DNA from: Blasia pusilla
Taxonomy: Eukaryota
NCBI GenBank assembly: GCA_050084515.1
Contig: CM114271.1
Location: 3,286,001 to 3,350,000, forward strand
Length of the DNA stretch: 64,000 nucleotides
Direction of reading: 5' to 3'
The notes beneath the pieces are model-generated. The model was not told the origin of the DNA. It saw only the letters and a program-made list of their open reading frames with translations, and searched no databases. The stretch's first letter is position 1. Every line of letters begins with the position of its first letter. Shown piece by piece: positions 60,544 to 64,000 of this stretch. Both the position numbers and the translations under genes were made by a program.

Positions 60544-61426
60544 TCTACCCAATAATGTGCGATTATATGCATAATACGACAATATAGCCAGACACAAGAT
60601 AAAATACGCAACACTCTTTTGTTGCGTTAGCCCCTGTAGATTTGAATGGAACATATATTAATCGATTAGTGATTAATTTAGTATTATAATGAGGGATTAT
60701 AAACATTAATAAAATATAATTAATATGATAAATAACCAAAATTTTAGAATGGAAGAGAAGATTTTGTTTAAATTTTACGGAAAGATAAAAGTAATCAGTA
60801 TATTGAGATACCATTTAAATTTAAACGGAGGATTGTAATTACTAAGAAGAATATAACATTATTTTTTTTAAAAGATTTTAGAAAATAAAAATTTTATTTA
60901 AAATTTGAAATAAATAACACTATCGATTTTTGAAATAATTGTGTTAATTCATATGTTATAATTTGGGAAAAAAATTTGAATTTAAACGGAAAAAGAAAAT
61001 GATTTCGTTAATTAAAAGTAGCTAAGATTTTGGTTAGTAAATGTTGTTTTGGTGGGAAGAATGGAAGGCCAAGAAAAGTTATTTTTTGAGCTTTTACGGA
61101 GGAGTGAAATTATTTAAGGGAGATGGGAGTTATTTAAAGGTGAAATTTTCTTATTCTCTTAAGATTATAAAAAGTGGAAATTATACTTAAATTTGAAAAC
61201 TAAATAAAATTTGAAAATTTAAACATAATTTATAAACCTATTATTGACACCTGTTTTTTAAAGGCCCTATTGACATGTGGTAATTGGACAAGAAAAAATA
61301 AATTTCACGTGATATCGTCAAGAAGAAAAAAGTTTGAATTTATGTGCACCATCATTAATCCCTTCACTAACAAAAAGTCTTCAAACATTTTTTTATTTTC
61401 CCTACATCGTACGGGTACCTTACTAG
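60544..61426 (+). mobile_element. Possible AT-rich non-autonomous Helitron
   Basis: 3' degenerate hairpin CCCTACATCGTACGGG followed by TACCTTACTAG|T. The 5' TC start is only a guess. Confidence 0.3.
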
Positions 61427-62274
61427 TTTGTATGAAGCATGATTCATACATGAATTGCATTTGGCGCGGACTACACAATAGTGTCTAACAAGTGGATGAT
61501 CTTTAAGAGGAGATTAAGGAGGTTTTTTAGATTTTGTAATAAGTAAGACTAGATATGAATGAAAGGAGTACATCCATTGGAAGGAATGGGCGGGGGTTTG
61601 CTGGTTTCAAATGGGACACCCAAGGGATCCTCCAAGGATTTAGGGAGGAATCCTGCAAAAGCTAATCTTGGACATGACTAAAGGGACAATACCTTGCCTT
61701 AAAAAACTTAGGTATTTATAAAATAAATTATTCATAAAAGTATGTAATATCCTAAAACCAACTTAGAATCTATTGGAAGGACATATAAATTCTAATAGTT
61801 GGAACTAGTCCCCTCCTTAGTGAAGTAGGAGGAGGAGAGAACATGGAGGATTGTAATGTGTTTTGCTAGTTTCCATTTTCTTTTTGTGTTTCTTGCCTCC
61901 TCTTCTTGGGATGTTGTTACCTTTCTTTCTCCTCTTTTGAATTTTATTTTTCTAATTAAAATTGAACCTAAAAAATGGATATCTATAATATTAAAAATTT
62001 GATATATGTTGGAAAGGTGCACATGTGTAGATGCTAGTTTGTTTTATTATTAGCATTTGCACATGTTAGATGTTAAATTCAAGTACGACTCAAACTGTGC
62101 TTTTTCTTGCTTGACGAATATGAGATTACATAAAAGTGAATACGAGACATGACTGAAAGAAAATGGGGAATCCCAAAAGACTTATGAGGAGGGAAACTCC
62201 AAGGTTAGAAAAAAAAGGTAACTCTTAAAATATAATATCACAAACACCCGAAATAATCTATATTATTATGGGAG

Positions 62275-64000
62275 TGTCACGTCGTTTAGAATAGATCGGT
62301 GAGCTCTAGTAGAGCGTCTTCAAGAGTAGTGGAGGACAGGCCTAGGAGGTCGAGGATGACAAGCTGAGGCCCCAGGAAACCTGAGAGAGCAAGTTTCCCC
62401 TTCGTTTTGGCTCACTTGGAGCCATATTGAGGAACTTACTATTTTAGGTAAGTACCATTTTGGGTATATGATCGACTTTCTATTTTTGGTAAGTGGCCCT
62501 TGACCTCCTACATCAGGTCAAAAGCCAAGGAGGTGACTTGGGAGAATACGTTACCATGGACAAAGCTTGGGAGAGGGGAGGGGTATATATCCCAAGGAGA
62601 GAGAGAGCTTGAGAGCTCATTCTCTCTTTGTTGAACCTCTTGGCATGAGGCGGCGGAGCTATGGTCCCTTGCCTTGTGAGTGTAACCCAAGCCTCTCATT
62701 AGGAGAGTGGGTTTGGTTTGACATGAGAGAGAGTGCACACCTTTGAGAGCTATGGTGTTAGATTGTGTAGAGAGAGATTAGATCTAATCTCTCTCTACAC
62801 AAAGAGAGAATTTGAGAGCTACAATGCGGGAGCTTGGTGGAGTTTCGATGTGTATGTAGGTTAGGGACCGTGTTCCCTGCTTCATGACTCATGGGAGTGC
62901 TCACGGGAGCAAGAGTCATTCAGTTTGATGTTTTCCTTTACTGTTTTTTCGTACGGGAGAGTGGCGTGCGGAAGCGTTGCCCAAATGTTGGTAGAATTTG
63001 AGTGTGTGGGAGGATTACCCATGCCGGTGCTCTGGGGAGCACCATACAGCTTTCTGATTTTTCTTTTCACAAGTTTTATATTTTCTTTGGGAGAAATCAG
63101 CGCGGAAGCGTTGCCGAATGTTGGGTAGAAGAAAGAGACGTTGGGCTTTACGACAATCCCCGTCAGTTTTTACAGGAATGTCCAATTCAAATACTTTGTA
63201 ATTTTGGCGTAGATCGTGAAGCTTTGCACGCTGTGCAACAAACAGTGCGCAATTTGGAGTTGCGAGCAAAAAGTTATGGTCAATCTTGCAAAACTGCCAT
63301 TGCTAGGCGATTTTTAGGGTTAAATTGTGCAAACCCTTAACCAACCGCCACACCGGCGGCGGCCGTCGCCGTCATAGTCAACGGTCAACCGTCACCATCA
63401 CAGGTCAACCATCACCAACGACGGTCAACCGTCAGTGTCACCGTTCGGCCGTCACCATCAACGGTCAACCGTCACCGTCAATGGTCCACCGTCCGTTGTC
63501 CACCCTTGGTTGCCATTGCCGCCGTTACGGAGTGGAGGGTCTTCCACAACGTTCGTTGATTCTCGGACTTGCGTCGCCATCACGTACTTTGTTTTGGTCG
63601 CCACCGTCATCAACCTGTGATGGCATATGACCTCCTGTTATAGTGTTTGAGTTTTGATTTCATGCTGCTATGTTATGATTGGTAGCCGCTCAACGACGAT
63701 CGGGTACCGTGCGGTGACGCTCGTAGCCGCAACGCGCCACCGATTTCCGCGCCGTGCTGCTCATGGCCGCACCGCACCGTCTCGATCTCAGAGCCGCTTG
63801 GGCATTGTGGAGCAGAGTGTGGGTTTATTGTTGATTGAGGAGGGTATGCCGCCGAGTGCCGCATCCCATCATCGAGGGCCGTGCCGTTCGTAGCCGTTCC
63901 GTGCCGCCTGCAACGCCGCATTGTTCTGCTGGAACCGCACCGTCTATCGAGGAGTTTTGAGCAACGTTAGTACGGGAGGAGTATGACTTGCTAATTGGAG
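62275..64000 (+). repeat. LTR of the DNMT-gypsy family (at least 1.7 kb, runs off the window)
   Basis: Starts TGTCAC. Homologous to 1031-1876 plus the reverse complement of 38019-38468, and to 51669-52189. CG-rich CGGTCAACCGTCACCATCA micro-repeats at about 63360-63500. Confidence 0.85.

Overview
Eukaryotic genomic DNA, most likely from a non-seed land plant (bryophyte- or lycophyte-like; this is an inference from the HIRA and RPA12 proteins and the TE types). About 54 kb is a nest of transposons, followed by two host genes: a 5-coding-exon RNA polymerase I subunit gene RPA12 (54024-56318) and an intronless HIRA histone-chaperone gene (56780-59566). The TE nest holds a young chromovirus-type Ty3/gypsy element, two Ty1/copia elements, several solo LTRs, a CACTA transposon, a CRE-like non-LTR retrotransposon with a restriction-like endonuclease, and several decayed copies of an unusual Ty3/gypsy family. 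The main finding is that this family's polyprotein reconstructs as Gag(2xCCHC)-protease-DNMT3-like C5 cytosine methyltransferase-RT-RNaseH-integrase-PHD finger, i.e. a retrotransposon carrying both a DNA-methylation writer and a histone reader. The methyltransferase is present in two diverged copies. The pieces are scattered because of an apparently balanced three-breakpoint rearrangement (adjacent inversions of about 2111-47910 and 47911-48890). Undoing it rejoins four separate broken elements. All TE ORFs are interrupted. Alignments and coordinates were made by eye, so fuzzy ends are approximate.
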